This document shows positions 12,880 to 25,100 of a stretch of DNA of 64,000 nucleotides, in pieces. Positions within the stretch are counted from its first letter, which is position 1. Every line of letters starts with the position of its first letter. The notes beneath the pieces were generated by a model, which saw only the letters and a program-made list of their open reading frames with translations, was not told where the DNA came from and made no database searches. This stretch comes from Camelus ferus. Its lineage: Eukaryota. Location: positions 1,612,001-1,676,000 of the forward strand of contig NC_045696.1 in assembly GCF_009834535.1 (NCBI RefSeq), read 5' to 3'. The translations under genes were made by a program, and so were the position numbers.

Positions 12880-13900
12880 CGCAGGTGCTGGCAGCTGTCA
12901 CCTGCAGGACGGGACCCCGCGCAGCTGGAGATAAGGAGGTAGAGCAGCCCGCTGCCGCCCGGCTGCGCGTCGCCGCCCCTGCACGGCCTCGGGGATGTGG
13001 CCCCTGCAGTGACCGCCGGCAGGGCCGACCCAGGTGCACGAGGAGCAGCTGCTTCCCGGGCGTGGGCGCGTGCGGAGCCCTGGATGGAGCTTGGGACCGG
13101 GGCCCCTCATGTCTGTCCTGCTGGCCCTGTGTGTCGCGCTCCTGCCCCTGGCGACCCCAGGCCGAGGCACCCGGCAATGGGAGCCCTGCACGGGTAAGCG
13201 GGGGACGTGGGGTGGGGCGGGGATGCGCCGGGCTCCAGGACGGTGCTGCCCTTTCCGCGGCTGGTTCAAGGCCACCGGTGCTGGGCTGGCTGGGGAGCAG
13301 CCGGGCTTGGGCTTCGCGAGGGAGGCGGCGGAGAAGACGAAAGGGGTGGCGGCCGTCACAGTGGAGACGTTGCGGGGTGGGGGCTCCTTCAAAGAGTTAA
13401 CCTCCCCCACCCGAGGCCCTTCGCAAGTACTTACCTGCTGGGCCTCCCAGGGGGAGGCCTTGCACCTGCCTGAGGAATGAAGCGCAGCCGCTGGCGGGTC
13501 CCTGTGAGCAGAGCCCAGGCCCGCGCTGAGCGCAGCGCAGCACAGAAACGGCAGTCTGGGCCGCGGAGAAGCCCCAGGCACGCCCCCCTCCAAGGTGGAG
13601 AGCCCTGTCGGGGGTGGGGGGCGTTCCGATCCTGCCTCCCTAGGAAGGACGTTGACCTGCCGGCCGCCACGCCCGATCACGCCTTTCTGGAGCTTCTCCC
13701 GGGGGACTTTACGTACCACACCTAACAGTAAAGCACAGAGCGCCAGGGACGGGAGACCCGGGAGCAGCAGCTGGGCTCGGGGACGGGAGTGAGTGTTGGG
13801 CGCGTGCGGCCTCGTGGGAGCAGCAGTGTGGGCGGCGAGGGAGGCGTGGAGGCAGTGTGTGCGCGGGTCCCTGGGATCCTCCGAAGTCCCCTGCATGTCA
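12880..13900. promoter_or_regulatory. CpG-rich island / promoter region around TSPEAR exon 1
   Basis: Dense CG dinucleotides span the exon, and a CCAAT lies just upstream at about 12859. Judged by eye; the observed/expected CpG ratio was not computed. Confidence 0.6.
13109..13193 (+). CDS. TSPEAR: TSPEAR (thrombospondin-type laminin G domain and EAR repeat protein) first coding exon, encoding the signal peptide; partial gene whose intron 1 runs past the window end
   Basis: Translates MSVLLALCVALLPLATPGRGTRQWEPCT+G, matching the human TSPEAR N-terminus [27 protein letters not shown](D). It ends at a phase-1 donor G|GTAAGC at 13193/13194. A KRTAP10/12 cluster downstream is the known TSPEAR intron-1 arrangement. 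Confidence 0.93.
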
Positions 13901-16900
13901 CAGCTCTTTGCTCTGGCGGCACTTGGCTCCCAATGATGTGACCAGGAGCTGACCGATGATGTCCCCAGTTCGGAACACTGGCCTGCGTGGGTTGGGGGTG
14001 GTCCATAGAGGGCCCCAGCTCCCCAGGGAGCAACCGGGACGTGCGAGTGGAGGTGAGCAGGCCCTGGGGCGGGGGTGTCGGGAAGGACTGAAGCGCCCGC
14101 TCCCGGGCCCTGAGGCGGCCGCGCCTGTCGCAATCACAGCCTCGGGGTGGGTGGTTTGCACGGCGCAGAAGCCAAGTCAGCCTGTAGCCATGAATCCCCA
14201 TCTCCAAGGACAGACCTACACGCGGGGTCCAGGGTGCAGCGTCCTGAGCGCACGGAGTCTCCCCGGTGGGGGTGAGTCAGAGACATGTATCTTCATGTTC
14301 CTTCAGCGCTGGGAACAGAATCACCCTGCATCTGTAATGATAAAGGTTATTTATAAAGCCCGCCCCCTCTCCCTTGAAGGCACGTTGCAAACAGTTAAAA
14401 GATGACCTAGTTGCACTGGCAGGAAGGAGGGAAGAAAGATGAAAGCAAGTAAGTAGTCGTGAACTAAACCTGGAGTGCTCCCGAGGCACTGGGGAGCAGC
14501 CGGCCAGGACACAGGCAGTTAAGGAGGTCGCCCTGACGCGCTCGGGTGTGGAAGGCACGGGTGTTCACACCGGACAGTGTGTGCGGTTGGGCTTCACCTT
14601 CCCTGCGCCCTTGCTGGGCCTGCGCACGAGGCGCCCAGGCCTTGGCTGTGACCGCCCCGGGTTTTGAGATCCTGCCCCCCGAGTCTGCGACCACCAGCCG
14701 GTGGCCTGGAGTGTGACTGTGGCAGTGAGGGCCTCAGGGCCTCTGTGCCCCTGGGCGCCATACCCCTTCCCCGGGGGCGCTGTGCTGGGGAGGGGCTGTG
14801 CTGCGGAGGGGCTCTGCTTCCAGCACTGTCCAGTCTCTCTCTGCCCCGGGGCACAGACTCACTTAGTAAGCAAGTAAGGTCGCTGGAAGGCTGTGGGTCA
14901 CTATGGGCTGGGATTTTCAGGTGTCCCCAACCCAGCGGAGCAGTGGAGGGAAGGACTGGACCTTTGCACGTAGAAAGTTAACCCCATCCAGGTGACGGTG
15001 GGGCGCCAGAGTGGCCCAGGAGCTGGGGGAACAGGGGATGCACGTCTGGGGGGCTTCAAGTTCAACAGTGAGGAAGCCTGGGAACGGAGAGGGGGCCTTG
15101 TGTGGACACGGAGCTGGCCTCTTCTGCCCGGCCTTCATAAGAACTGGACAGCAGGGGCTGCGTCCTGACAGCTGAGGTGGGCGTGGGGCCTGGGTGGGGC
15201 TGGTCGGGAACCTGTGGTCAGAATCTCGCAGGTGTACTGGTCAGTAGGCTCCAGGGCCCCTCCTGCAGGAGGTGGTGTGGCCCGTTTTGCCAACGGGGAA
15301 ATTGAGCTTACGTGTCTGCCCGGGGTCTGGTGTGGACCCTCTGATGAGGGGTGGGGCCTGGGGCCTGGCCCGTCTACACAGGTGTGTCTGAGGATGAGTC
15401 AGGTCTCAGAGAGCCTCAGTCAAGCCAGAGAGAGGACCCCGGCAGGCAGTCAGCACAAACGAGGTGGTGGGGGCCAGGTGGGAGGTGCAGCTGGGGAACC
15501 AGCTGTGGACACAGGACCAGACTCAGGGTGGAGGACAGCAGGGGAGAGGCTCTGGAACACAGCGGCCAGGGCTCAGGGCAGGCATGTGCGTGTGGGCTGG
15601 GCTCCCCTGGGATGAGTGGCCGGCAGGGTTCTGGGCCGAGATGCCTTGAATAAGCTGTTGGCCCCCTGACCCCAGAGCCAGCCTGAGTCTTCTGATCCTG
15701 AGACCCCTCTGCTGCCCCCCTGAGATGGGCCAGCTGCCCTGGGACAGAGGGTGCAATACGATCGTAAGACCTTCCAGCTCCCACAAGAGGCCCACCACTC
15801 TGGGGTGCCTGATGTGTGTGGTGCCAGGAAAGTGGCAGGGGTGCCCTGCGGGGGACAGCTTGGTGGCCCGAGTTCTGAGCCAGGATCTCGGTCAGGGAGT
15901 GAGTGGTAGCTGCAGGCCGAAGAGCCTTTGTCCACCCCAGACTCAGCCTGTCCCAACCCAGTGTCATCTCCACGTGGACAGGAGGCCAAGGCAGAGGGGT
16001 TCTGTGGGGCGATAATAGGGAGAGCAGTACCCCAAGGGGCTGGACACTGCTGGGTGCAGGGGGCGGGGCAGAGAGAAGGGGCGGGGTGGGGGCTCGGAGC
16101 GGGGTGACCTGCTGCTGGTGTCAGAACCGTGTCCTCTGTTAGCCTGGAGACAGTCAGAGGCGGCTTCTCACCCAGGAGTCGGGGTGGTGCTGAGGTGTCT
16201 GTACCTGATGGACGTGGCGCCCTCGTCACCCACCTTCCTTCCTTCCTTCACTCGCTCGACACCCTTGTAGGGGAGGCGCAGTCACACCGTTTTAAAAGCT
16301 GCCCGGGGTGGGGGGGCCACAGTGGGGCGGCTCCCAGGAAGTCCTCCTCCCTGCCCTCCTTAAAGCATTCCTTTAAGGAGAATGCTGCGGGAAAGGCAGG
16401 TGGGAACCCTGGGGCCCGCCGGCGAGGCCCCAGTCACTGCCGGGAGTCCTGTGTGGGCACGACGCCCCCTGCTGGGCTCACGCCGCCTGGTGCAAGGCCC
16501 TTGAGTGGTCTGCAGTGAGGAAGCCGCTGCTTGTTTCCTGGTGGGCTGTGCTTTGTCCCCGTGGGAGTGGCTTCCACCCTGTCCTCTGGTGCTGGCGGCC
16601 GTGAGGCTGCATCTGCGCAGCTCCAGCCCCAGGCCGGCACCCTCGGAGTCACGCCCCGGGCACCCCTGGAGCTGAGCACGTGTGCGTGTGTCACAGGGAG
16701 GAGAGGTGCCAAGTCGGGGTCGTAGGGGGACTGAGGCCAAAAGACCCACTTCACCTGCTTGACGGCCTTTGCAGGGCTGGGGAGTGGTGGGCAACTGGGC
16801 ACAGACTCCCCAAAGAAATAATGAGGCTTTTTGTTTTTGTCACTTTTAGCAAAAGTCCGTACATGCCATTAAATGAATGACCACTCCCCTCCCCGACCCC

Positions 16901-17037
16901 ATCGATGCAGGTCAGTCACCTGTGCTCTGGAAGAGACCCACCTCACCTCTCACCGCCCTTTCTCCAGAAACAAGTCTTCAGAACAAAGCAGGCTTCACTG
17001 GCAAGCACAGCAGAGCCTCCCCCCGGCCAGCTCACAG

Positions 17038-17097
17038 CCCCGCCACACGGAGCCCGCACACACAGAGCCCCACCACGCGGAGCCCCGCCACGCGGAG
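17038..17097. repeat. 15-bp minisatellite, 4 copies (CCCCGCCACRCGGAG)
   Basis: ccccgccacacggag / cccgcacacacagag / ccccaccacgcggag / ccccgccacgcggag. Confidence 0.85.
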
Positions 17098-18070
17098 CCC
17101 GTGCGCTGTGACCCTCACACCGTTCCTTTTCCAAAAATTCCCATCCGTTAGGCCAGGGCATTGTCTGTCTGCACAGAAAGTAGGAAAAAAAGAATCTTCC
17201 TTTTTATAATGGGACCTCACACACTATATGCTGGTTCTATGGTTTTGAATTTTAAGAGGAAATCATGGATTTCCAGGCAGCCTTTTTCCAGGATAAAATC
17301 TAGGAAACCCCCAGGTCACGCTTCTGGGACTGGAGGCGCCTCCCACGCCCCATCCCCACCAAACACCAGGTCAGAGGCCTCAGCCCTCAGCCCGGATCCT
17401 CCCACCCCCTCCTAGCCCCTCCCTCATCTCCCCTCCCCTCCTCCCAGGTGGGTTCTGAGCTCTGGGCTGGAATCGGCTAGGGCTGGGAGGGCGCCCACTG
17501 CTCTCCATATCCTGAGTCTGGGGGAGCACCCGGGACCACGACCACGCTGATGCCTCATGCGCCCCGTCCAGAGCTCTGCTCAGAAAGCAGAGGGAGAGGT
17601 GCTTCTGACCTGAGAGCTGGTTCCTCCCTGCCGGCCTTGGTCCTTGGAGAGGCTGGGGCTTGGGTGGGGGACGCCTCTGTTAGCGCCTCACCTTTCATCC
17701 CATCCCGGGTCGGGCCCGGGAGTGGTGCTGAGGAGGCCCAGGCAGCTCTGCGCTGGGGGAGGGAATTCGTGGGAGTCTCCAGGGAGTCAGGTCTGATGAA
17801 CATCTCAGGCAGTGTCAGGGACACTCACCCGCCCACCGCTGGGAGGTGGGCGGGGGAAAGAATGCCCGCCTCACCTCCAAGGTGACTCCACGGATGGTTT
17901 GCTGCCCATGAGCCCCCCTGCCCCAGCTCGGGCCTCTGGTGATGGAGGGGGAAGGAGAAGCGACCCCGAAGGCTGCCCACCTCTGGGTGGGGCGGGGCGG
18001 GGCAGCTCCGACTGCCTGCTCCTCTCGGGCTGGCTGCACCACGAGGGCCTCGCCGGTGCACCCGCTGAAC

Positions 18071-18089
18071 GGGGGGGGGGGGGGGGGGG
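18071..18089. repeat. Poly-G homopolymer (19 G)
   Basis: Direct read of the sequence. Confidence 0.9.
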
Positions 18090-20334
18090 CGGCTGCCAGC
18101 CTGGAGGGTCTGCGGGGCGCGAGGACCAGGGTCGTCCTGCGCTGAGGGGAGGGCGGGCAGTGTTCGTGCACATGGATGTGAGTGCGCAGGTGTGTGACTA
18201 CGTGGGCGTCTGTGCCCACGCAGGGAAGAACCCAGTGCACATCCACGCAGGTAGCCAGGTTCTGGTGTCTTTTTGGCCACGTGCCTTCCAGTGGTTTCTG
18301 CAGCGGCCGTGGCAGCGCAGAAGACTGAGGTAGACGGGAAATTCTTCAAGGGTCTTCGGCCCCAGGTGGGTGGGCCAGCTGCACGGGCCGGGGCTCGGGC
18401 TCTGGGGTCCGCGGGTGTCCCGGCTCGGGTGCAGCCGCGTGGGGGTGGGGCGCTGGCGGGCGCTTGGAGGAGCCCCTGCACTAGGGAACGACCCCCCCGG
18501 GATGCCTCTGGGGGTCAAGTGCTGAGCTTGGGGTGCCCTGGGGGAGGGTCACCAGTCATTGGATCGGTGACTGGCCGCTGCCCCCATCTCAGTGGGCACT
18601 GTCCCCGACCCAGTTGGCTCCATCCAGGATCGGGGGATGGAATCCAGGGGCCTTGAACTTGGGTGGGAGGCACTGCGCCTTCGTCTTCATAACTAACCAG
18701 ACGCAGCAGCTCCCAGCGAGGGTAACACCCGGACTGTCACCTGCGGAGCTGCCGGCACCCTCGTGTCCCATCACAGATGCGAGCAGACTTCCGTCCGCTG
18801 TCCGCCTGAGGCCCCCGCTCCCCTGGTTAGTTAACGCCTTGATGGAAAGGCCCACGTCTCACTGCGTCGTTCTAAACAAATTCCTTTTTAGTAACTGTGT
18901 TTGCACACAGTGGTCTCCCGTGGAAATCTGGAGCATTATATTTTGTGCATTGAAATTCGTGTTTCTGAGAAGGTGCCCAAAGGTTTCATTAGCTGGCCAG
19001 AGGGGCAGGGTGCACAGGAAGTCGGGGCCGCCTCAGTTCTCTGGGGGGCGGGGCTGCTGAAGTTGGCCTGAGGGTGACTTGTGAAGGGGCAGAGGGGGCC
19101 CTGGTGGGCGGAGCCCTGTGACAGCCGGGGGAGTTGATTTCTCACACCTCCACCTCCTTGGGAGGGTCCCAGGAGATGGGCAGGGGCCCCGGGCAAGCAG
19201 GGGCCAGCACTCCCACCGGCCTCTGCAGCCCCGGAATGTGGGGGCAGGGCTGGGTGCTGGTCTGTCTGCACCCATTCCCACCGCCCGACTCTAGTCACGG
19301 GGGGCCCTCCTTCCACTGACAGCTTCTCTGGGGACCTCCTTTTATTGGGTGGGGGACACAGTGACCCTGGAACAGCCAGCCCAGCCCAGGGAGTCTGGAC
19401 CAGGTTCTCCAGGGGAGACCGTGGGCGGGTCAGGCGATGTCTCAGACCTGCTCTGAGTGCGCGGGCGTTTGCCGTTGCTCCCTCCCTTTGGGGACCACCT
19501 TGCTGGACTTTGAGGCCTCTGGGGAGGGAGGGCAGCGCTTCATGTCAATAGCAGGGCAGGGTAGGGTCACGAGCTAAGAGGTAGGGCCAGTGGAGAGTGG
19601 AGGCAGCTGGAAGGAAGGTGAGGGAGTGGCTCTGTTCAGGAGCGAGGGCTGGGCATCGGAAGCTTGGGGCTCCAGGAAACGTGGGGCACCCCCGGGGTGA
19701 ACCTCAGGCAGCAAGCCTGGCCCTCAGACCCTGGAGTGTGGGCCTGGGAGTCACCTACCCCCTGGCCTCTTCCCCTTGACCTCGGCCACACCCAGCTTGG
19801 ACCTGGGGCAGGGGGCGGGTGTTGTCACCAGCCTGTCTGGCACAGACAAAGCAGGTTGGGACATTTGAGCATTGAATAAAGTGCAGAGTTCAAGGGGAGG
19901 TGGAGGACGAGCACAGGACGCTGGTGGACGGCAGAAATGCCAGCGTCAGCTGTGTCCCAGTGGGTGACAGTCCCAGCCTGCCTCCGGGCCAGAAGCCAAC
20001 GTGGGCCCTGGCCCCTGCATGTCTGCAGAGTGACCAGGGAGAGCCAGGCCTGTGGCGGGGGGCCTTCTCACCTAGGGGCCTGCTCACCAGGTGGTGTTGG
20101 CCACCGGAGTCTCAGACACGTGGCACAGCCACCCAGAGCTGCCTGGCGTACAGACGCGGGAGTCAAGGGCCCTGGAAAAGACCAGCTGGGCCTCAGACCT
20201 CAGAACCCTCGGAAGTGCTCCCAGGACGTGGCTTGTCTCCAAGCTTGCTGAGGCTAGAGTTATTTATGTTCCCCAAGGGCCGGGAATAATGGAATAAAAC
20301 TAGTTGGGAGAGAGAACTAATTGAGACAAGGATG

Positions 20335-20340
20335 TTTATT
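20335..20340 (-). terminator. PolyA signal AATAAA for KRTAP10 gene A
   Basis: tttatt on the + strand, about 360 nt past the stop at 20703. Confidence 0.7.
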
Positions 20341-20702
20341 CATTCAGCTCAAGATGCCTGCAGGAAAGAGGGGGCGCAGAGCAGCGGGAGGGGGCGACAG
20401 GGCAGAGTACGGCCCCAAGGCTGGGAGGAAGAGCTGGATCGGTGGTTGTCAGGGGTAACCTGGGGACCCCCGGTAGTAGGGGAGGGCCATCTCACATCCA
20501 TCTGCGCCTAATGTGGAGGCCACAGACGGGCTAAGCCCTGTTTGTTGGGGTCTGAGGTCAGTGAACGTTCGTGCAGAGGTGCACACCAGAGCTCGGGCTG
20601 GGGTGCTTTCTGAGGATGGCGTGGGGGGGCCAGCAATGGTCGGGGGGTGCCCATAGCACCCAGCTGGCCCTGAGGGTACAGGCCCGGTCAGCAGCAGGAC
20701 TT

Positions 20703-21398
20703 CTAGGCCGAGTTGGGGACACAGCAGGACGAGCGGGAGCACCTGGGGCGGCAGAGCAGGGACACGCAGGAGGCCGGGCGGCAGCAGCTGGGCTGGCAGG
20801 AGGGGACAGGGGCACAGCAGGCAGGTCTGCACACGGGGCGGCAGAGCAGGGACACGGAGGAGGAGGGTCTGCAGCAGGACGAGGGGCAGAGGGTGGGCTC
20901 ACAGCACACGGGCCTGCAGCAGACAGGCCTGCAGCACACGGGCCTGCAGCAGACAGGTGTGCAGCACACGGGCCTGCAGCACACGGGCCTGCAGCAGACA
21001 GGTGTGCAGCACACGGGCCTGCAGCACATGGGCCTGCAGCACACAGGCCTGCAGCACACAGGCTCACAGCAGTCCTGCTGGCAGGGGGAGGAGGTGCAGC
21101 AGGAGGGCTGGCAGCTAGACTGTGGGCAGCACAAGGCCGTGCAGGAGCTGGTGCAGGCAGATGGGCAGGGGCAGGGCTCACAGCTCGCTGGGGTGCAGAG
21201 GAGGCTCAGGCAGGGGGTCGGGGCGCAGCAGGGGGGCTCGCAGCAGGGGGGCTCGCAGCAGGGGGGCTCGCAGCAGCTCTCTGGGCAGTCGTCCACCTGC
21301 CAGGAGGAGCCGGTGCAGGAGTCACAGGGACCGGGCAGGCAGACCCGGCTGCCGTAGCTCAGGTCGCCGGAGCAGGTGGACAGGGCGGGCGCAGCCAT
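20703..21398 (-). CDS. KRTAP10: Keratin-associated protein 10 family (ultra-high sulfur KAP), gene A, 231 aa, single exon
   Basis: MAAPALSTCSGDLSYGSRVCLPGPCDSCTGSSWQVDDCPESCCEPP... with CCRPV/CCTPV pentapeptides. Kozak gccATGg at 21398, TATAAAA at 21479-21485, AATAAA at 20335-20340. Paralog number not assignable. Confidence 0.95.
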   Translation of the reverse strand: MAAPALSTCSGDLSYGSRVCLPGPCDSCTGSSWQVDDCPESCCEPPCCEPPCCEPPCCAPTPCLSLLCTPASCEPCPCPSACTSSCTALCCPQSSCQPSCCTSSPCQQDCCEPVCCRPVCCRPMCCRPVCCTPVCCRPVCCRPVCCTPVCCRPVCCRPVCCRPVCCEPTLCPSSCCRPSSSVSLLCRPVCRPACCAPVPSCQPSCCRPASCVSLLCRPRCSRSSCCVPNSA

Positions 21399-21478
21399 GG
21401 CGGGGGCGATGGGGCTGGAGGAGGGTGTGTGTGTGAGTGTGTGTGTGTGAGTGTGGGTGAGGTGCTCAGATGGTCGGC

Positions 21479-21618
21479 TTTTATACCCCGCTCTGTGTCG
21501 CGTGCTGCCCCAGCAGAGGCCCCATGCCCGCCCTTCCCGGTTGGTGTTTGGGTCCGGGTCCTGCGCTCCCTCATTAGGGCTGCTTGTTTTCCCAGGAGAT
21601 GCGGCCCAGCTCGTAAAA
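21479..21618 (-). promoter_or_regulatory. KRTAP10 gene A promoter: TATAAAA (21479-21485), GGAAG element (about 21533-21538), HOXC13-type site GCTCGTAAAA (21609-21618)
   Basis: Motifs read directly; spacing is shared with the paralogs. Confidence 0.7.
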
Positions 21619-22709
21619 GCCCCGGCTGTGTGTTGGGGCCACAGGGCGGGTCCTGACCACGTGCTGAGTGGGTGTGGGAGAACCAGGTCAGCTGGAGACG
21701 AGGCGGGGGGTGTCGGGGTGCTCTCGGCCATTGGGCGCTCATCCTGGGGACCTGGTGATCCGGAAAGGGGGGTAACTTGGATTCTAGGACCTGGAAGTGG
21801 CTCCTTTCTGGGGCGTGAGGTTCCCTTTCTTTTGCATTTGTCATCGAGTCCTTGCAGACGAGGGAGGGTGGAGATACCAGGGCAGGTCCTGGTGGTGGCG
21901 GTGGCCGGCTGCCCTGTTTTGGGCCCTGGCCGGAGGGAAGGACGTGGCCGAGACAAGCAGACTCTCTGCTGCTTTCCACACAGCCTGCGTCTCCGAGGCT
22001 GGGATGTTTGTGGCCCCCTTGCTCAGAGTGTGTCTCCTTTCCACCCTGCGGGCTCTCTGCACCTCTGTGGCTTTGGCCGCAGCAGCCGGCATGGTGGCCC
22101 AGCCGAGGCTCAGTCAGGTGGGGCTGGCAGCGTTCCCCTCTCACCCCCACAGCGGGGCTCCCGCTCAGGCTCCCCGGTGCCTGAGGATCGATCAGGCCTC
22201 GTGCTTGCTGGGGCTCTCTCTGCCTTCCCTCCTGCCTCTCCGTCTGTCTTCTCAGACTCAGCCCCACCTCCACTGCATCTTTCCTGGGGGCTGAGCCTGG
22301 ACTCTGTCCATGGGCTCTTGGGACACTCCAGTGGGACACTCAGGGGTCCAGGGAACAGTGTCACAATGCTCTTTGCGTCAGATGCTGCCAGGTGCGACGG
22401 GCAGGGCAGCTGCACAGGTCGGGGGTGGTGGCAGTGTGCCCGTGGGGCCTCCGCTGGTCAGCGAGGCCGGCAGGCAGGGCGGCTGGGACAGCACAGCCAC
22501 TGTGGAAGTGAGGGGGCTGGTCAGGACATCGGGTGGACCCTGAAGGCCAGGCTCAGGGAACAGGTGAAGAGCGCCGTCTGCGGGGCTGAGGGAAGCTGGC
22601 TGGGACCCCTTGGGTGGAGGGTTTCTGCAGTGATGATCACTTCTGTATCATCTTGATGACATTTTAAGCCAGAACACTTAGAAAGTATGGAAGCTACGTT
22701 TATCATATA

Positions 22710-23060
22710 CGTTCGCACCCGTTCCCTGTGGCTGCTGTAACAGACGATCCCACACTTGCTCATATAAAATTGATAAAACCACAGAAATCTGCCCCCTCCC
22801 CGGTCCTGGAGGCCGGAAGTCTGACAGCAGGTTTACTGAGCCGACGTCAGGGGGCGTGTGGCTGGAGGGGAGGCCCTTCCCGCCTCTGGGGCTCCAGGCA
22901 TCCTTGGCTTGTGGCCGCGTCCCTCCCATCTCTGCTGGCTGCCTGTCCTTGTCTGTGTGAAGATGGAGGCGCTGCTTCCGTTTTGAGGACACTTGTGGTG
23001 GAGTTTCGGGCCCACTCACTCACCCAGGATAACCTCCCAGGTCTAGGTCCTTAATCAGAG
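22710..23060 (-). mobile_element. MLT1 (ERVL-MaLR) LTR fragment
   Basis: ccctgtggctgctgtaaca...gtcctggaggccggaagtctga...gcatccttggcttgtggccgc...gaggacacttgtggtg...cccaggataacctccc resembles reverse-strand MLT1. Confidence 0.8.
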
Positions 23061-23859
23061 TTCACTGGGTGACCACCATGAGCTTCTAACTCAGAATTGT
23101 CCGCCCACGTCAGGCAGCACTGGGTGGATCCCGGGGGACCTGAGTGAGGAGGGGGGTGCTAAGCCACCCTCCAGATTCCTTTCCCCACCCGAGGGTCTGA
23201 TCAGCCCGGCCTTGCAGCCAGCATCAGACGCCCCGGTGCCCCTCCCCGGGCTGGGCAGCTGGCAGGAGCGTGGATTACGCGCTCCTCATGTGTGCCTGCC
23301 CTGTGTTCTCTCTACACGCCAGCCACACGTCATTCTCCGGTGGGTGCCGCTCACAGGGTGTGGCCATCTCTCAGGGCAGTGCTGCAGCCTCCTCCGAGGC
23401 TGTGTCCCTGAGGCCCTCGTGCCTGTGCGAGGCCCCCGTGACTGCTGCTGTGGGTGGAGGGGCCTCCCCTAGGGAGCCCCGTGAAGAGTCGGACACCACG
23501 GTAATGATGTCACCCCAAGGCTCAGGGGCTAAAACATGGTCAGAACTTGGAAACCTGAGGGACCAAGCTGATCTGAGACCACACGGCGAATGACCTGGAG
23601 CCTCTGCACAGGCCACGCCCCGTGGGCTCAGCGCCTCCTCTGGCTCTTACCACAAGTCAAAATCACGCGGAAAGCAGAGAGAGTTTAGGGCAGCCCAGTG
23701 TGACCGCGTGTCCGTATGCGACCTCGTTCCTGGCAGTCACTGGGAGAGGGAGAGCGAGGCTCCTGTCCGTACGTGCCTCCCAGCGTCCCTGGGCCCCGGC
23801 CCTTCCCGCGGACCCTCCCTGGGCCCATTTCTGCTCCGCCTAAAGGACCTCCTTTGGTA

Positions 23860-25100
23860 TTTCTTGAGGGCAAGTCCGCTGCTGAGGAGTTCTCTCACTT
23901 TTGTTTCTCTGAAACTGTTTCACTTCGCCCTCAGGTTTGAAGGTGGAGTGCTGGATATAGAATTCTCTGTTTTTGGATAGTTTAGGTGCATTTTATTGGT
24001 TTTCTTTCTAGATACAGAATTCCTGATGGGCAATTTTTGTCTTCAGCTTTTTACTGATATCATTCCATTGTCCTCTGTCTCCCATGGTTTCTGACGAAAA
24101 GTCAGCTGTTGTTGTCTTTTCTCTTGTTTGTGGAGTGTTTTTTCTCTCACTGCTTTGAAGTTTTTTATTTTTCTTTCTTTCCTTTTCTTTTTTCTTTTTT
24201 AACTTTTGGTTTTTATCACTATTCAGTGGCCAGGTGTGGTGTTCTTTGTATTTATCCTGCTTTGGGTTTACTAAGATTCTTGGATCTGTAAGTTGTTTTA
24301 AATCAAGTTTGGGAAAATTGCCTATTATTTCTTCAAAACACTTCTGTGCTTCGATATCATTCTTGCATTCTGAGGCAGAGCTTACGTGTGTGTCAGACTG
24401 TTTGATGCTGTCGCAGGTCGCAGGTCTTGTCACTTTTGTGCGTTCTTTCCCGTCAGACTGGATAATTTCTCCTGCTGCATCTTTGCTTTCACTCACTCTT
24501 TCTGTTTCTGTCTTCAGTCTGCTGTTAGGTCCACCAAGTGGATATTTTATTTCAGCTATTGTGGTTTTGGTTCTAGAATTCCCGTTTTTAATGTTTCCAT
24601 TCCTCTGCTGAGATTCCCTCATGAGAACCTATTCACTCATGAACATAACATTTTCCTTTACTTCTTTGAGCATATCTTCCTTTGAGTCTTTAAACAAATA
24701 GCTGCTCTAATGCCATGGCTTGCAAAACCAATATTTGGACCAGCTGAGGCTGCATTACTATTGTTTTGTTCTTTAACTGCGGATTACATTTTCCTGCATC
24801 TTTTTATGTCTAGTGATTTTTGATTGTATATTAGCAATTATGATAATACATTTGGAGAGCCTGCATTCTCTTGTTTTACTGATTGTTCACTTTTGTTCTA
24901 GCAGACAGTCAATTACTAACTGACCACCTTGAACTTGTTTGTGCAGGATTGCTTTTACACTTTGTTGGAGCAGACCTGTGGAAAGCTCTATGTGTTGGTG
25001 AGATTCAACTTCCAAGCTGTCTTCCCTGGAAATCCTGTCATGGATTGGCTGGGCTTCGTTAGGGCAGATCTAGAGTGGGACCCCTATTCCTTGGGTGCTG
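23860..25100 (-). mobile_element. Old L1 5'/ORF1 fragment
   Basis: ORF 24008-24622 contains KTTIAEIKYPLGGPNSRLKTETERVSESKDAAGEIIQSD, the L1 ORF1p coiled-coil pattern. The + strand is T-rich. Confidence 0.75.

Noticed and set aside
1-13000. UBE2G2 exons expected upstream of TSPEAR by human synteny
   Set aside because: No frame with recognisable UBE2G2 peptide was seen; polyA-like hexamers alone are not enough.
12898-14133. 411-aa minus-strand ORF and other 250-400 aa ORFs in GC-rich DNA (for example 12070-12828, 21451-22656, 40725-41897)
   Set aside because: Pro/Ala/Arg/Gly low-complexity composition expected from stop-poor GC-rich sequence; no recognisable domain.
20558-21656. Long Gln/Gly/His- or Ala-rich ORFs overlapping KRTAP10 genes (also 44219-44952, 49696-50330, 59737-60386)
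   Set aside because: Antisense or alternate-frame shadows of the 15-bp Cys-codon repeats, with no promoter or polyA support of their own.
21399-21956. N-terminal extensions giving 417-aa (20703-21956) and 352-aa (49787-50845) ORFs
   Set aside because: The TATA box and family-conserved MAAPALS start lie inside these ORFs; the upstream part is promoter and flank that happens to be open.
23270-23593. ORF containing SHTSFSGGCRS, faintly like a KRTAP12 start
   Set aside because: Few Cys, no KAP repeats, and no TATA or Kozak in KAP context; similarity is too weak.
24008-24622. 204-aa Lys-rich ORF as a novel gene
   Set aside because: Degraded L1 ORF1 sequence.
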